64,000 bases of DNA from Oscillospiraceae bacterium (GTDB taxonomy: Bacteria; Bacillota; Clostridia; Oscillospirales; Oscillospiraceae). The DNA lies in NCBI GenBank assembly GCA_031270395.1, contig JAISXU010000057.1, positions 18,363 through 82,362 on the forward strand. Direction: 5' to 3'. Made by a program: the position numbers and the translations under genes. Below are positions 8,355 through 18,192 of the stretch, piece by piece; the stretch's first letter is position 1; every line of letters begins with the position of its first letter. A model generated the notes under the pieces. The model saw nothing but the letters and a program-made list of their open reading frames with translations. It was not told where the DNA came from and made no database searches.

Positions 8355-8786
8355 ATGAAAAAGATAGCGATGCGCATCATGTGCGCGGTTCTGGCGGCGG
8401 CGGTCGCGCTGGCGCTGACAGGCTGCGGCGGCAAGACGCCGGCATACAAGGACGGCGAGTATACGGGCGTGAGTCAGACAGACGACGACGGTACTTACGG
8501 AGAGGCGACTATAACCGTCGAGGGCGGCAAAATATCGCGGTGCGAGTTCGTCACGTGGCAGAAGGACGGCACAATCAAGGACGCGGAATACGGCAAGGTC
8601 AACGGCGAGGTGTCAAATCAGGAATTCTACGACAAGGCGCAGCTCGCCGTGCGCGCTATGGCGCAGTATGCCGACCAGCTCGTGGAGGTACAAAAGCCGA
8701 GCGACGTGGACGCCGTTTCCGGCGCCACGGTCTCCTACGGACAGTTCCGGGACGCCGTAAACAACGCGCTGAAATCGGCGACATAA
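8355..8786 (+). CDS. FMN-binding-domain lipoprotein (predicted flavinylated, extracytoplasmic)
   Basis: Start is ATG 8355 (MKKIAMRIM..) after GGAGAAGGAG. Lipobox LTGCGG. The C-terminal motif DAVSGATVSY matches the FMN_bind covalent flavinylation motif (S/T-G-A-T/S). Confidence 0.8.
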   Translation: MKKIAMRIMCAVLAAAVALALTGCGGKTPAYKDGEYTGVSQTDDDGTYGEATITVEGGKISRCEFVTWQKDGTIKDAEYGKVNGEVSNQEFYDKAQLAVRAMAQYADQLVEVQKPSDVDAVSGATVSYGQFRDAVNNALKSAT

Positions 8787-8845
8787 TATTAATTCGCACG
8801 ATATGTCGTGCCGAATTAATAGCGGGCAAGTTTTCGGCGTTAGCC

Positions 8846-8876
8846 AAAACGCAACCCAATGAAATGGTTGCGTTTT
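8846..8876. terminator. bidirectional intrinsic terminator between convergent genes
   Basis: AAAACGCAACC-caatgaaat-GGTTGCGTTTT. Perfect 11-bp stem with an A-run on one side and a T-run on the other. It lies between the + gene ending at 8786 and the - gene ending at 8975. Confidence 0.5.
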
Positions 8877-8974
8877 GGAGAGGACGAACCGCGTAGCGAG
8901 CGAGCTTTCGGCTTTAGCCGGAAACGAGACTTAGCGTAGCGCGTGAGGACGAGTCGCGGGGCGCGTCGCTTTTG

Positions 8975-11900
8975 TTACGGCTCGTCGGGCGGCACATCCG
9001 GCGTGTCGGTGATTTGCGTCCACCTCTCATAGTCGTAATCGCGGTTCGGGACGCGCTTGCCCTTGCGCTCGTACTCGTGGCCGTTGGTGGCCTCCTGCAT
9101 ATCGATGTAATACCACTTGTCCGGCGTGTTGTCCGGCCATGTCTTCATCGAATCCGGCAGAAGGTCCTCCGCGGTCTCCGGGGCACGCCGCAGCATGCGG
9201 TTCACCAGAGCCACGAATTCCGCGCGGGTGATAAAACCGTCCGGCTTGAAAGAGCCGTCGGGATACCCGTTGAACCAGCCAATTTCCGACGCCCTGTAGA
9301 TATCGCCCTGTGCCCAGTGCCCGTCCGTGTCGGTGTAGGCGGTGTCAATGTCGCCCGTCTCACCCATGACGGCGGCGAAGCGGACTGCCATCGCGGCGAG
9401 CTCCGCGCGCGTCACGCTGTCGTTCGGGCGGAACGTGCCGTCGGGATAGCCCGTCAATATGCCGCTTCGGACGAGCGTGGACACCTCCGTATTGAACCAT
9501 TCGCCGGGGGCGACGTCCGTGAACTCGTTCGTGTGCGACAGAACTCCGGCGCGGTAACCCTCGGACAGCAGCCGGAAGAACACCGCCGACGCCTCCGCGC
9601 GCGTGAGACTGCGCTCCGGCTTGACCAGGCCGTCGGGATAGCCGTAGACGTACTTGATATGCTCGTCGGTGAATACCCCCGGCTCGCCGCCGTCGTCGAC
9701 CGTCTTCGTCTCGGGGCGCTCGGGCGGATCGTCGGTATAGATGTAAGGCGTAATGACCTCGAAGCTGCCGATTTTTACGAACTTATTGATGTGGGTCGTG
9801 TCGGATGAAGCGGCCGCGTGTCCGTTGCCGTCGAGGTAAAGCGCGTTCTTCGGTTCATTGTCGTCGATTACATAGTTGCCGCCGTCAACGTAGAAGTCAA
9901 CGTAGACGTCCTCTACGTATTCGCCGACGACTTCTCCAACCCAGTTGCCGCCGCTGTCGTAGTACCCGGAGCGGGCGTAGATGCCGTATGTCCCCGCAGG
10001 GGCGCCCTGCGTGTAAGGCGTGTAGAGCTCAATGCCCATATTGGCGAAACCGTCTTCGTCACTCGCTACGATCCCGGTATTATTGATGTCGTCGTATGCG
10101 CCAAGCTCGAATCCGGTATTCCCTGCGCCGTCGCTGTAGTAACCCGCGTTGAATACCGGCCCGGGCTCACCGACCCGGATATTGGGGTAATAAGCCGCCG
10201 GAGCGAGCGGCCGAGGCGTGATCGTGAGGCGTCTGCCGCCTATGACCTCAATGCCCGGATCGCCGCTCATCACGTAAATAAATGTAATGCTGTCGTCAGC
10301 CGCCACGTCAGTCCTATTCTCCAACCCGAGCAGCCACTCGGTGCTGTCCGGCGTCATATAGAGCGGCATGATAAGACGGGAGGTTTCGCCAAAAAAAGTT
10401 AAAAGCATATCCAGTAGCGGTTGATCGGGATTATCGTAATCGATGCCGTCATTGACGTAGGATAGTGATTGTGCGGAGCCGGCGGCGGTGATTTCCAGCG
10501 GGTTGTGATATGACGTGCCGTCGTACACGGCGGTAAAAGTCTCTACCGTGACTTCGGGGAATACGTCATAATGCGTGGACGGCGTGGACGGGAGCATAGC
10601 CCAACGCGCTATGAACGTAGTATTCGCACTTATGGGCAGATTTATGGCTTCATCTGTTGTGAACAGTTCGCCGTCGCCGACTCGCTCCCAATTTAAGAAT
10701 GTGGCGTCGGCGGCGTATTTGGCCGTCGGATTCGATACGGCGTTGCCGGAGTCGGTGACACTCGATTCTTCATTTACGAGAAACGACTTTTCTGTCGGGT
10801 CACTCGCAATTTGCGTCGGGATAAACGTCACGACGTATTTCAGCGTCGGAGGGGGCGGAACTGTCTCCCATTGCGCGTACAGATCGGTAGTGTCCGCGAC
10901 AGGTATGATGACGCCTCCGGGAAGATACCACTTGCCCGTCCCGTTCGCCGCCGTGTTCCAGCCGATAAAATGTTTTCCGGCGGGCTCGGGCGGCCATATG
11001 TCGTCGCCATCGTCGTACGCCGTTCTGTCCGCATATTCACTGACGGTCGTCAGCTCCGTAACCTGTTCGGTTGACGTCGTCATATCCTCATCGCCCGTAT
11101 TCGAGTGGTAGATAAGCTTCGGGTTTACTATGTACATCGCGACTAGGTATGTGACGGCGGCGTTTATAGGCAATTTGCTGTCCGCATTATAAAGCTGATC
11201 CATACTTTGCAGCGGTCTTGACGGCTCATACCAACCTACGAAGTTATATTGCTGACTGTCGACAGTCCAATTGCCATTTCCCTGCGACGCCACGATCTCA
11301 TGGGAAAGAACATCATAGTCTTCGCCTATGTTCACGCCTGCCGGGTGCCTGTAATCATCATATTCCTCATTGCCATCCGGATCGCTCAGATACACCACTT
11401 CCACGCGCTTGTACTGCGCGTACAGTGTGGTGTCACTCGCCAGCTTATACAGCGAACCCGGTGCGTATACCGGAGTGTCAGTCGTTGCGGCGTCGTCAGT
11501 CCACCCCGTAAACACATACCCCGTCGGGGGAGTGGGAGAAGGCGTCTCGTCGTCAGCGAACGCTTGCGCGAACGATTTCACCGAGACGACGTCGTTTGGG
11601 ATGTGGATTTCATCTTCTGATTGCAGTTCAGACGGCGGATCTTCAAGGTACGAGGTGTAATTCGAATTATATACAAGCGTTACCGACTCCGCCGGGATAA
11701 ACACGGGGTAGAGCTTTACGTTGTCGGCGACGGTTATTGTCTGACCGGGGTAATAATCGACTGTACTGCCGCTTATGGTCTTCCAACCGATAAAGGTTGT
11801 GTCGCCGGGCGTATATTCTTGCGCCGTGTATGAGGGCGGCGCCTTCGCGATGGCGGTAGTGCCGAGGCGGTAATCATAGCTGTCCGCAGGGAGCGTCCAA

Positions 11901-14248
11901 TCGGCCGGGGTGTCAGCATCACTCATATACGTAACATCATACGTTGCTACTTGCGGTTCCCAGTCCGCGTAAACGCGCATATTCCCCGTCACGGGGATTT
12001 CGGGCGAGAGCGGAGCGTATGCCCCCGGTCCGAGAGCGACGACCCAGCCTGCGAATGTTCCGAGAGGGTATTCGCCACCGACCACGTATCTGTGCGCGCT
12101 GTCAAGCTCGTCGCTCGGGTTTCCGGCGCGCTCGTTCAACGCGCGACCAAATTCGCCTATCGGCTCCTTTGCGCCCTTGTAGTCGTACACGCTGACGGTG
12201 TACTGCGACACCCTCCATTTCGCGAAAAGCGGCAGATTGGCGGCGGGCATAGTCGCGCCGCCGAACGTGAATTTCTGTAAAAAGCCCGCGTCGAGATACC
12301 AACCGCCAAACGTGTAGGTTTTGTCGCCCTCAGGCGCCCTGACCGGCGCTCTCGCCGGTTCAAAGCCCGACAGGTCCGCGCCGTACATTATGCCGGCATA
12401 GTTGAGACCGGGACGGCGTGCGACGCTGTAGCTCACGTCCCTGTCCACAAAAATCAGAGCGCTGCTGGCCCTGTTGTAAAACAGATATTGATCCGTCGGC
12501 GGCGTACCGGTGATCAGCGCGAACGTCCCGCCCGTGGTGCTCCTGTAGGCTGTGGGGCTGACGGCGGTGAAGCCCTCGATATTTTTCGCGTTGTACGCCG
12601 ACGAGGCGGGGCTGAACACCGGCTGAGTGTATTCGGAGCTTTCGACATAATATTTGCTCCCGAGCTTGACGCCCCCGCTCACGCCGGGCAGCTGCTCAAA
12701 CATATAATGCACCTTTATGGTCGTGCCGCCCGTTATCCATTTGCCACTCAGCGTTATATTGCCGCTATCGTCCGCTGTTGAGGCTATGGCGCTGCCGAGC
12801 GTAAGCTGCCTTGAGGAATACGCCACGCTGTCGCCTTTGGCGAGCCAGCCCTGAAAGTTGTGGGCGCCGACGGTGTTGAATGTCGCAGTATCGCGTACCG
12901 GCCAAACGCCCGCCACGTTCTGCCCCAGCTTCGCTTCGAGAGTGTATTTTTCGCCGCCGCTGTTTGTGTATGTTTTATCCCCGATATTCATCGTGCCGTT
13001 CGCTTGATTTATTTCGAACTCCAGCGTGTATTTCTTGCGCTTGAGGTAGACGTTGACGACCGTACTCCCGTCGCCGGAGAGCGTCTCTGTCGACAATACA
13101 ATGAAGTAGCTGTCCGCGCCGTCGGCATTTGTGTTGAGATAATTGAATTTATCCGTGGTTTTACCCTTTGCGGTGGTCTTCGCGGCGGCGACGGCGGCAC
13201 CGACCGCAGTCTTGATTGCGTCGGCTGTCACGGCGGTTCCGGCGTCTATTTGAGATAAAGACGACAACTTATTTGCGGTATCTTTAGTGGTGTACTGGCC
13301 GTAATACTCGTAATTGGTTGTGTCATCACCCGGGTCGGCGATATTCTCCTTCTCATTCCAGAGCATAATTGTGTAGTCGACGGGCTTCGGCGTCCACTGC
13401 GCGTAGAGTGTCGTGTCGCCGGTTATTGTGGCCCCGCCAAAAACGAAATTATTTTCGGCAAGCACACCTAGCTCATTTTTCGTCTTCCAACCCGCGAAAT
13501 CATACCCCGCGCGGCTCGGGGGGGTGGGTTCCGTCGCATACCCGCCTTCCGCCACAGCTTGAAACGGGATCTGCGTCCCCTCGGAATAGAAAAAGACGTA
13601 GTACGAATCAGCGGCTAACAGTTTGGGTGTGAGAGTGATGTCTTGGGCAACATCGAGCAAAAAGTCATATTGCTCATCGGGCGCCGTTTCCCACCACTGA
13701 AATACTTGATTGGCGGGCGCTGTGAACGCCAGCATTTCGTCCGCCGTGGGCGCCGCGACCGCCGTGTCCGGCTTCACGCTCTTGGTCAGGAACACGTTGC
13801 CTTTTCCGTCGAGGAATGACACGAGATAGTCCTCGCGGAAGTGCGCGTATACCATCTCGTCGCTTACTATGCCGCTGAAGGTGAAGGGCTTTGCGTCCGG
13901 GTCGCCCTGCGGCGCCGTGTACCAGCCGGTGAACGCGATATAGCGCTCTGAGAATTTGGAGGGGGCGCCCGGATTGTCAACCGTACCGTCAGGATTAACC
14001 TCAAGACGGTAGTTCAACTCCGGTACGGCGATGTTACCTATGCCGCTTGTGTCGCTTATATCGCTCATCGTGTAGAAGGACACATAATACGGATTGCTTG
14101 CCGTCGCGTCGTTAGGGGCTATGGGCGGAGCGAGCGTCAGCAGCAACGCCATGAGCAGGACTGTCGCGACAGTCCTGCCGGGTGCGGCGCGCAGCGCTGC
14201 GCGCCGTACAAAATTTTTGCGATTCGATTTTGTCGGTATTCTTAACAT
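8975..14248 (-). CDS. giant cell-wall-anchored surface protein: Listeria-Bacteroides (InlB B-type) repeats plus three C-terminal SLH domains
   Basis: Track ORF 8975..14323. I trimmed the start to ATG 14248 (MLRIPTKSNRKNF..TVATVLLMALLLTLAPP, signal-like) preceded by GGAG. Recurrent F(T/A/G/I/V)GW(Y/K/T) repeat cores (FTGWYTAPQG, FAGWKT, FGGWYLD, FIGWKT, FTGWTDD, FVGWYEP, FIGWNTAANGTG). The C-terminus has 3 SLH units (..GYPDGLVKPERSLTRAEA.., ..GYPDGTFRPNDSVTRAEL.., ..GYPDGSFKPDGFITRAEF..). Confidence 0.85.
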   Translation of the reverse strand: MLRIPTKSNRKNFVRRAALRAAPGRTVATVLLMALLLTLAPPIAPNDATASNPYYVSFYTMSDISDTSGIGNIAVPELNYRLEVNPDGTVDNPGAPSKFSERYIAFTGWYTAPQGDPDAKPFTFSGIVSDEMVYAHFREDYLVSFLDGKGNVFLTKSVKPDTAVAAPTADEMLAFTAPANQVFQWWETAPDEQYDFLLDVAQDITLTPKLLAADSYYVFFYSEGTQIPFQAVAEGGYATEPTPPSRAGYDFAGWKTKNELGVLAENNFVFGGATITGDTTLYAQWTPKPVDYTIMLWNEKENIADPGDDTTNYEYYGQYTTKDTANKLSSLSQIDAGTAVTADAIKTAVGAAVAAAKTTAKGKTTDKFNYLNTNADGADSYFIVLSTETLSGDGSTVVNVYLKRKKYTLEFEINQANGTMNIGDKTYTNSGGEKYTLEAKLGQNVAGVWPVRDTATFNTVGAHNFQGWLAKGDSVAYSSRQLTLGSAIASTADDSGNITLSGKWITGGTTIKVHYMFEQLPGVSGGVKLGSKYYVESSEYTQPVFSPASSAYNAKNIEGFTAVSPTAYRSTTGGTFALITGTPPTDQYLFYNRASSALIFVDRDVSYSVARRPGLNYAGIMYGADLSGFEPARAPVRAPEGDKTYTFGGWYLDAGFLQKFTFGGATMPAANLPLFAKWRVSQYTVSVYDYKGAKEPIGEFGRALNERAGNPSDELDSAHRYVVGGEYPLGTFAGWVVALGPGAYAPLSPEIPVTGNMRVYADWEPQVATYDVTYMSDADTPADWTLPADSYDYRLGTTAIAKAPPSYTAQEYTPGDTTFIGWKTISGSTVDYYPGQTITVADNVKLYPVFIPAESVTLVYNSNYTSYLEDPPSELQSEDEIHIPNDVVSVKSFAQAFADDETPSPTPPTGYVFTGWTDDAATTDTPVYAPGSLYKLASDTTLYAQYKRVEVVYLSDPDGNEEYDDYRHPAGVNIGEDYDVLSHEIVASQGNGNWTVDSQQYNFVGWYEPSRPLQSMDQLYNADSKLPINAAVTYLVAMYIVNPKLIYHSNTGDEDMTTSTEQVTELTTVSEYADRTAYDDGDDIWPPEPAGKHFIGWNTAANGTGKWYLPGGVIIPVADTTDLYAQWETVPPPPTLKYVVTFIPTQIASDPTEKSFLVNEESSVTDSGNAVSNPTAKYAADATFLNWERVGDGELFTTDEAINLPISANTTFIARWAMLPSTPSTHYDVFPEVTVETFTAVYDGTSYHNPLEITAAGSAQSLSYVNDGIDYDNPDQPLLDMLLTFFGETSRLIMPLYMTPDSTEWLLGLENRTDVAADDSITFIYVMSGDPGIEVIGGRRLTITPRPLAPAAYYPNIRVGEPGPVFNAGYYSDGAGNTGFELGAYDDINNTGIVASDEDGFANMGIELYTPYTQGAPAGTYGIYARSGYYDSGGNWVGEVVGEYVEDVYVDFYVDGGNYVIDDNEPKNALYLDGNGHAAASSDTTHINKFVKIGSFEVITPYIYTDDPPERPETKTVDDGGEPGVFTDEHIKYVYGYPDGLVKPERSLTRAEASAVFFRLLSEGYRAGVLSHTNEFTDVAPGEWFNTEVSTLVRSGILTGYPDGTFRPNDSVTRAELAAMAVRFAAVMGETGDIDTAYTDTDGHWAQGDIYRASEIGWFNGYPDGSFKPDGFITRAEFVALVNRMLRRAPETAEDLLPDSMKTWPDNTPDKWYYIDMQEATNGHEYERKGKRVPNRDYDYERWTQITDTPDVPPDEP

Positions 14249-14400
14249 GTCGTAAATCTCCGCCCGATATTGAATATGATGATTGAGACGCCACCCAAAA
14301 ACGGAAATCCCAATATAAACCAACTACCGAGTTTAGTTTATAAGACAGACGTATTTATGTCAACAAAAATTTCTGCGGTTGCGCGAGGGGGTGAAATTCT

Positions 14401-14594
14401 GATATAATATCCGCAATACGGATATTATACGTGGCTGTCCCCATCGGCTCGCCGCTTCGCGGCAACCGCCGAGGGATGACACATTATATCACGCGCATGC
14501 GCCCGCTGTGCGGGCGCGCGCTTAAACTTTGAGCCGCGGCGCGGGACGCGCCGCATGGCGCTATATCAGAAATTGCTTTGCAATTTCTGATATA
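14401..14594 (-). repeat. family B multi-hairpin repeat (copy B2, inverted relative to B3/B4, with extra module)
   Basis: GATATAATATCCGC-aat-ACGGATATTATAC, then the GTCCCC..GGGA module shared with 3461-3504. This is followed by the reverse complement of the 26563-26697 unit (GCGCATGCGCCCGCTGTGCGGGCGCGCGC, GAGCCGCGGCGCGGGACGCGCCGCATGGC, TATATCAGAAATTGC-ttt-GCAATTTCTGATATA). Confidence 0.65.
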
Positions 14595-14706
14595 CTCAAC
14601 GTGACGGCGCGCCTTGAGAAACGCGCGGCGCACAGGCCGGATATTTTGCCCGGACGGCAAGGGGGAACGGGCGGGTGACCATGAGTGACAGAATTGGGAA
14701 TAACCG

Positions 14707-15147
14707 ATGAAAAAAGTAGTTATCTACACCGACGGGGCGTGCTCCGGCAACCCCGGGCCGGGCGGCTGGGGCGCCATACTCATGTACGGCGGGAAGAAAA
14801 AAGAGATGTCGGGCGGCGAGGCGCTCACTACGAACAACCGTATGGAGCTAATGGCCGCAATAGCGGCGCTGGAGGCTCTCCGCGAGCCGTGCGGCGTGGA
14901 GCTGTATACGGATTCGCGCTATCTCTCCGACGCGATAAATAAGGGCTGGATAGAGGCGTGGCGCGCGCGCGGGTGGAGGCGCAAGGGCGGCGAGGTAAAA
15001 AACCCCGATCTGTGGCGCCGCCTTGACGCGCTGATCGGCGCCCATGACGTAAAATTCATCTGGGTGCGCGGACACGCGGATAACGAGTACAACAACAGGT
15101 GCGACGAGCTCGCCGTAGCGGAGAGCCGGCGCGCCGCGACCGGTTGA
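14707..15147 (+). CDS. rnhA: ribonuclease HI
   Basis: 146 aa. [54 protein letters not shown] and [18 protein letters not shown] are classical RNase H1 motifs. Confidence 0.9.
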   Translation: MKKVVIYTDGACSGNPGPGGWGAILMYGGKKKEMSGGEALTTNNRMELMAAIAALEALREPCGVELYTDSRYLSDAINKGWIEAWRARGWRRKGGEVKNPDLWRRLDALIGAHDVKFIWVRGHADNEYNNRCDELAVAESRRAATG

Positions 15148-15262
15148 CGTCAGCCGGTTGCCGCGCAGGGGTATATACCCGCCTCCTGAGCGGCTTCACA
15201 ATTCAAAACTGGCGGAAAAAAGGTCATACTATATACAATAAGAGAGGGAATGGTTAATTCAT

Positions 15263-16804
15263 ATGTTCATCAAAGCAGCGCTTCTTGTCATTTTCTTCGG
15301 CGTCACGATAGGCGTGGGACTGTATTTCCGCAAACGCAACAACTCGGTGGACAGCTTCGTGCTGGGGGGGCGGTCGGTTGGGCCGTGGCTCACGGCGTTC
15401 GCCTACGGCACGTCGTACTTCTCCGCCGTCGTGTTCGTCGGGTACGCGGGACAATTCGGCTGGCGCTTCGGCCTGTCGGCGCTCTGGATAGGTCTGGGCA
15501 ACGCCTTCATCGGCTCTCTGCTCGCGTGGGTCGTGCTCGCGCGCCGCACACGCGTAATGACGCGACACCTCGGCAGCGCCACGATGCCCGGCTTCTTCGG
15601 ACGGCGGTACGACTCAAACGGGTTGAAGACGGGCGCGTCGATAATAACCTTTATCTTCCTCGTGCCATACACGGCGTCGCTGTACAACGGACTCTCGCGC
15701 CTGTTTGCGATGGCGTTCAATATCGACTTCACGATCTGCATCGTGGCGATGGCGGTGCTGACCGCCGTGTACGTCATCGCGGGCGGCTACACGGCGACGG
15801 CGGTGAACGACTTCATTCAGGGGATAATCATGCTCGTGGGCATCGTGGCGGTCATAGGCGCGGTGCTGCGCGTGAACGGGGGCTTCGGCGGCTCTCTCGC
15901 GGCGCTCGCGGAGGTGAGCGACGACGCGGTGTCGCAGTCGCCGGGGGTGTTCGCTTCGATGTTCGGGCCGGACCCGCTCTCGCTGCTCGGCGTCGTGCTG
16001 CTGACGTCCGTAGGCACGTGGGGCCTGCCGCAGATGGTGCAGAAATTCTACTCCATACGCTCGGAGCGCAACATAAGCACGGGCACGGTGGTGTCCACGA
16101 TTTTCGCCGTCGTCATCTCCGGGGGGTGCTATCTGCTGGGGGGCTTCGGGCGGCTTTTTGCCGGCAAGGCGGACATAGCGGCGGGCGGGTACGATTCCAT
16201 CGTACCGACCATGCTCTCCGGCTTTGCCCCGCTGCTCATCGGCATTGTGGTAGTGCTCGTGTTCGCGGCTTCAATCTCGACGCTCTCGTCGCTCGTAATG
16301 ACGTCGGCGTCCACCTTCACGCTCGACTTTATCAAGGGGAATTTTGTGAAGAAGCTGGAGGAAAAGAGCCAGCTCGTAATCATACGCGCGCTTATCGCGG
16401 TGTTCATCGCCGTATCCGCCGTGATAGCCGTCGTCCAATACAAGGGCGGCGTCAGCTTCATAGCGCAGCTAATGGGCGTGTCGTGGGGCGCGCTGGCGGG
16501 CGCGTTTTTGGCCCCGTTCCTGTACGGACTGTACTGGAAGGGCGTGACAAAGGCGGCGGTGTGGTGCAATTTCATATTCGCGTCCGCGTTTATGATACTC
16601 AACATATTCTTCCGGAGCTCGTTCCCGCCGATTTTGAGCTCGCCCATCAACGCGGGGGCGTTCACCATGCTCACCGGAATGATAATCGTGCCGCTCGTGA
16701 GCGCCGTGACGCCGAAATTGGGTAAGAAGCACGTCGATAAATGCTTTGCCTGCTACGACGAGCCCGTCGCCGTCAAGGCGAGCAAATCGCTCAAGCCAAG
16801 CTGA
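15263..16804 (+). CDS. sodium:solute symporter family (SSF) transporter
   Basis: 513 aa with about 13 hydrophobic segments. The N-terminus ..FVLGGRSVGPWLTAFAYGTSYFSAVVFVGYAG.. is typical of PutP/PanF-like SSF proteins. Substrate not assignable. Confidence 0.8.
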   Translation: MFIKAALLVIFFGVTIGVGLYFRKRNNSVDSFVLGGRSVGPWLTAFAYGTSYFSAVVFVGYAGQFGWRFGLSALWIGLGNAFIGSLLAWVVLARRTRVMTRHLGSATMPGFFGRRYDSNGLKTGASIITFIFLVPYTASLYNGLSRLFAMAFNIDFTICIVAMAVLTAVYVIAGGYTATAVNDFIQGIIMLVGIVAVIGAVLRVNGGFGGSLAALAEVSDDAVSQSPGVFASMFGPDPLSLLGVVLLTSVGTWGLPQMVQKFYSIRSERNISTGTVVSTIFAVVISGGCYLLGGFGRLFAGKADIAAGGYDSIVPTMLSGFAPLLIGIVVVLVFAASISTLSSLVMTSASTFTLDFIKGNFVKKLEEKSQLVIIRALIAVFIAVSAVIAVVQYKGGVSFIAQLMGVSWGALAGAFLAPFLYGLYWKGVTKAAVWCNFIFASAFMILNIFFRSSFPPILSSPINAGAFTMLTGMIIVPLVSAVTPKLGKKHVDKCFACYDEPVAVKASKSLKPS

Positions 16805-16834
16805 GAAAGCGCGCGTATGCGTACGCCCGCGTGT

Positions 16835-18187
16835 TCATACCGTTTCGTTTTTCTGTGCACTCAATATCCCGGAGGCCCTCAATAAGAGCGCGTCCCGCTC
16901 GTTCGGAAGCTCACCGTCTATCACAAGCTCCAGCAAGAGCCGCAGCGCCGCTCCGACCGCGGGGCCCTGCTCCGCGCCGGCGGCGATGAGGTCGCCGCCG
17001 TTTATTTCCAGCTCGCGCAGCGTGACACACGGGCGGCTTTCAGCTATCACGTCCAGCAATGCGGACGCGGCGTCGAGCTCCGCCAGCCGCTCCCCGCGCA
17101 TATACGGCGAGTGGCCGCACGAGTCGGCGCGCTGTACCGCGATGAGCAGCCGCAGTCTGCGCTCGCCCAGCGCGCCGAGCCAACGCTTTATGTTTTTCGC
17201 GTCGGCTCTGATGCGGTTATCGTGGTGATATATCAGCTCGGCAACGGCCTTAACGGTCGCCGAGCCGAAGCGCAGGCGGTTGAGTATTTTGCGCGCCATC
17301 CCGGCGCCCTCGGCGGGATGTCCGTGGAAGTGCCCTACGCCGTCGAGGTTTGTGTAGCAGCGCGGCTTCGCGACGTCGTGAAGCAGTAAGGCGAGCCTTA
17401 CCACGAGGTCGCGCGGGGCGCTCGCCAGAGCGGTGAGCGTGTGCTCCCACACGTCCTTGTCGTGATATGGGTTGTGCTGCTCGAAACCGACCATCTCGGA
17501 GATTTCGGGTATGACCGTCTCGATTGCGCCGACGCCGAGGGACAGCGCCTCCGCGGCGCCCGTCCCCAGAAGCAGTTTGCCAAGCTCGGAGGATACGCGC
17601 TCGGGGGCGACCGCTTTCAGCAGCGCGCGGCACTCCAGCGCGGCGCTGAGCGTGTCGCCGTCTATGGTGAAGCCCAGCGTCGACGCGAAGCGCAGCGCGC
17701 GCAGTATGCGCAGGGCGTCCTCCCGGAACCGAGCCACGGGCGTCCCCACGCACCTTATGATTTTATCCGACAGGTCGCGGCGTCCGCCGAAGCAGTCGAT
17801 GAGCTCTCCCTGCGGACGGTACGCGATGGCGTTGACCGTAAAATCCCTGCGGGAGAGGTCAGCTCTCAGGTCGCGCACAAACGTCACGGCGTCGGGGCGG
17901 CGGTTATCGGAATAGGGGCCGTCGATCCGAAATGTAGTGACCTCGACGCGCGCCGCGCCGTAAAACACAGTCACCGTGCCGTGCCGGACGCCCGTCTCAA
18001 GGATCCTGTGTCCCTCAAACGTGAGCTTTACCTGTTCGGGCGTCGCGTCCGTACACACGTCCCAGTCGTCAGGACGTATGCCGAGCAGCATGTCGCGCAC
18101 GCACCCGCCGACAAGGTACGCCTCAAAACCGCGCGCCTCAAGCGCGGCGACGACCGCCGCGGTGTCCTCCGGTATAGCAAAGCTCAA
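16835..18187 (-). CDS. cca: CCA-adding tRNA nucleotidyltransferase with HD domain
   Basis: AYLVGGCVRDMLLG..DWDV (polymerase-beta head), RRDFTVNA, and the HD segment LLLHDVAKP. 450 aa. Confidence 0.85.
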   Translation of the reverse strand: MSFAIPEDTAAVVAALEARGFEAYLVGGCVRDMLLGIRPDDWDVCTDATPEQVKLTFEGHRILETGVRHGTVTVFYGAARVEVTTFRIDGPYSDNRRPDAVTFVRDLRADLSRRDFTVNAIAYRPQGELIDCFGGRRDLSDKIIRCVGTPVARFREDALRILRALRFASTLGFTIDGDTLSAALECRALLKAVAPERVSSELGKLLLGTGAAEALSLGVGAIETVIPEISEMVGFEQHNPYHDKDVWEHTLTALASAPRDLVVRLALLLHDVAKPRCYTNLDGVGHFHGHPAEGAGMARKILNRLRFGSATVKAVAELIYHHDNRIRADAKNIKRWLGALGERRLRLLIAVQRADSCGHSPYMRGERLAELDAASALLDVIAESRPCVTLRELEINGGDLIAAGAEQGPAVGAALRLLLELVIDGELPNERDALLLRASGILSAQKNETV

Positions 18188-18192
18188 CGTGT

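Noticed and set aside
14401-14594. Whether the recurring palindromes (families A and B) form a CRISPR array
   Set aside because: There is no regularly spaced identical direct repeat with unique spacers. The units are dispersed, occur in both orientations, consist of different adjacent hairpins, and have no cas genes nearby.
15250-16725. 491-aa Arg/Gly/His-rich ORF
   Set aside because: It overlaps the Na+/solute symporter gene in another frame of the same strand. The symporter frame has clear TM periodicity and family motifs, and this one has none.
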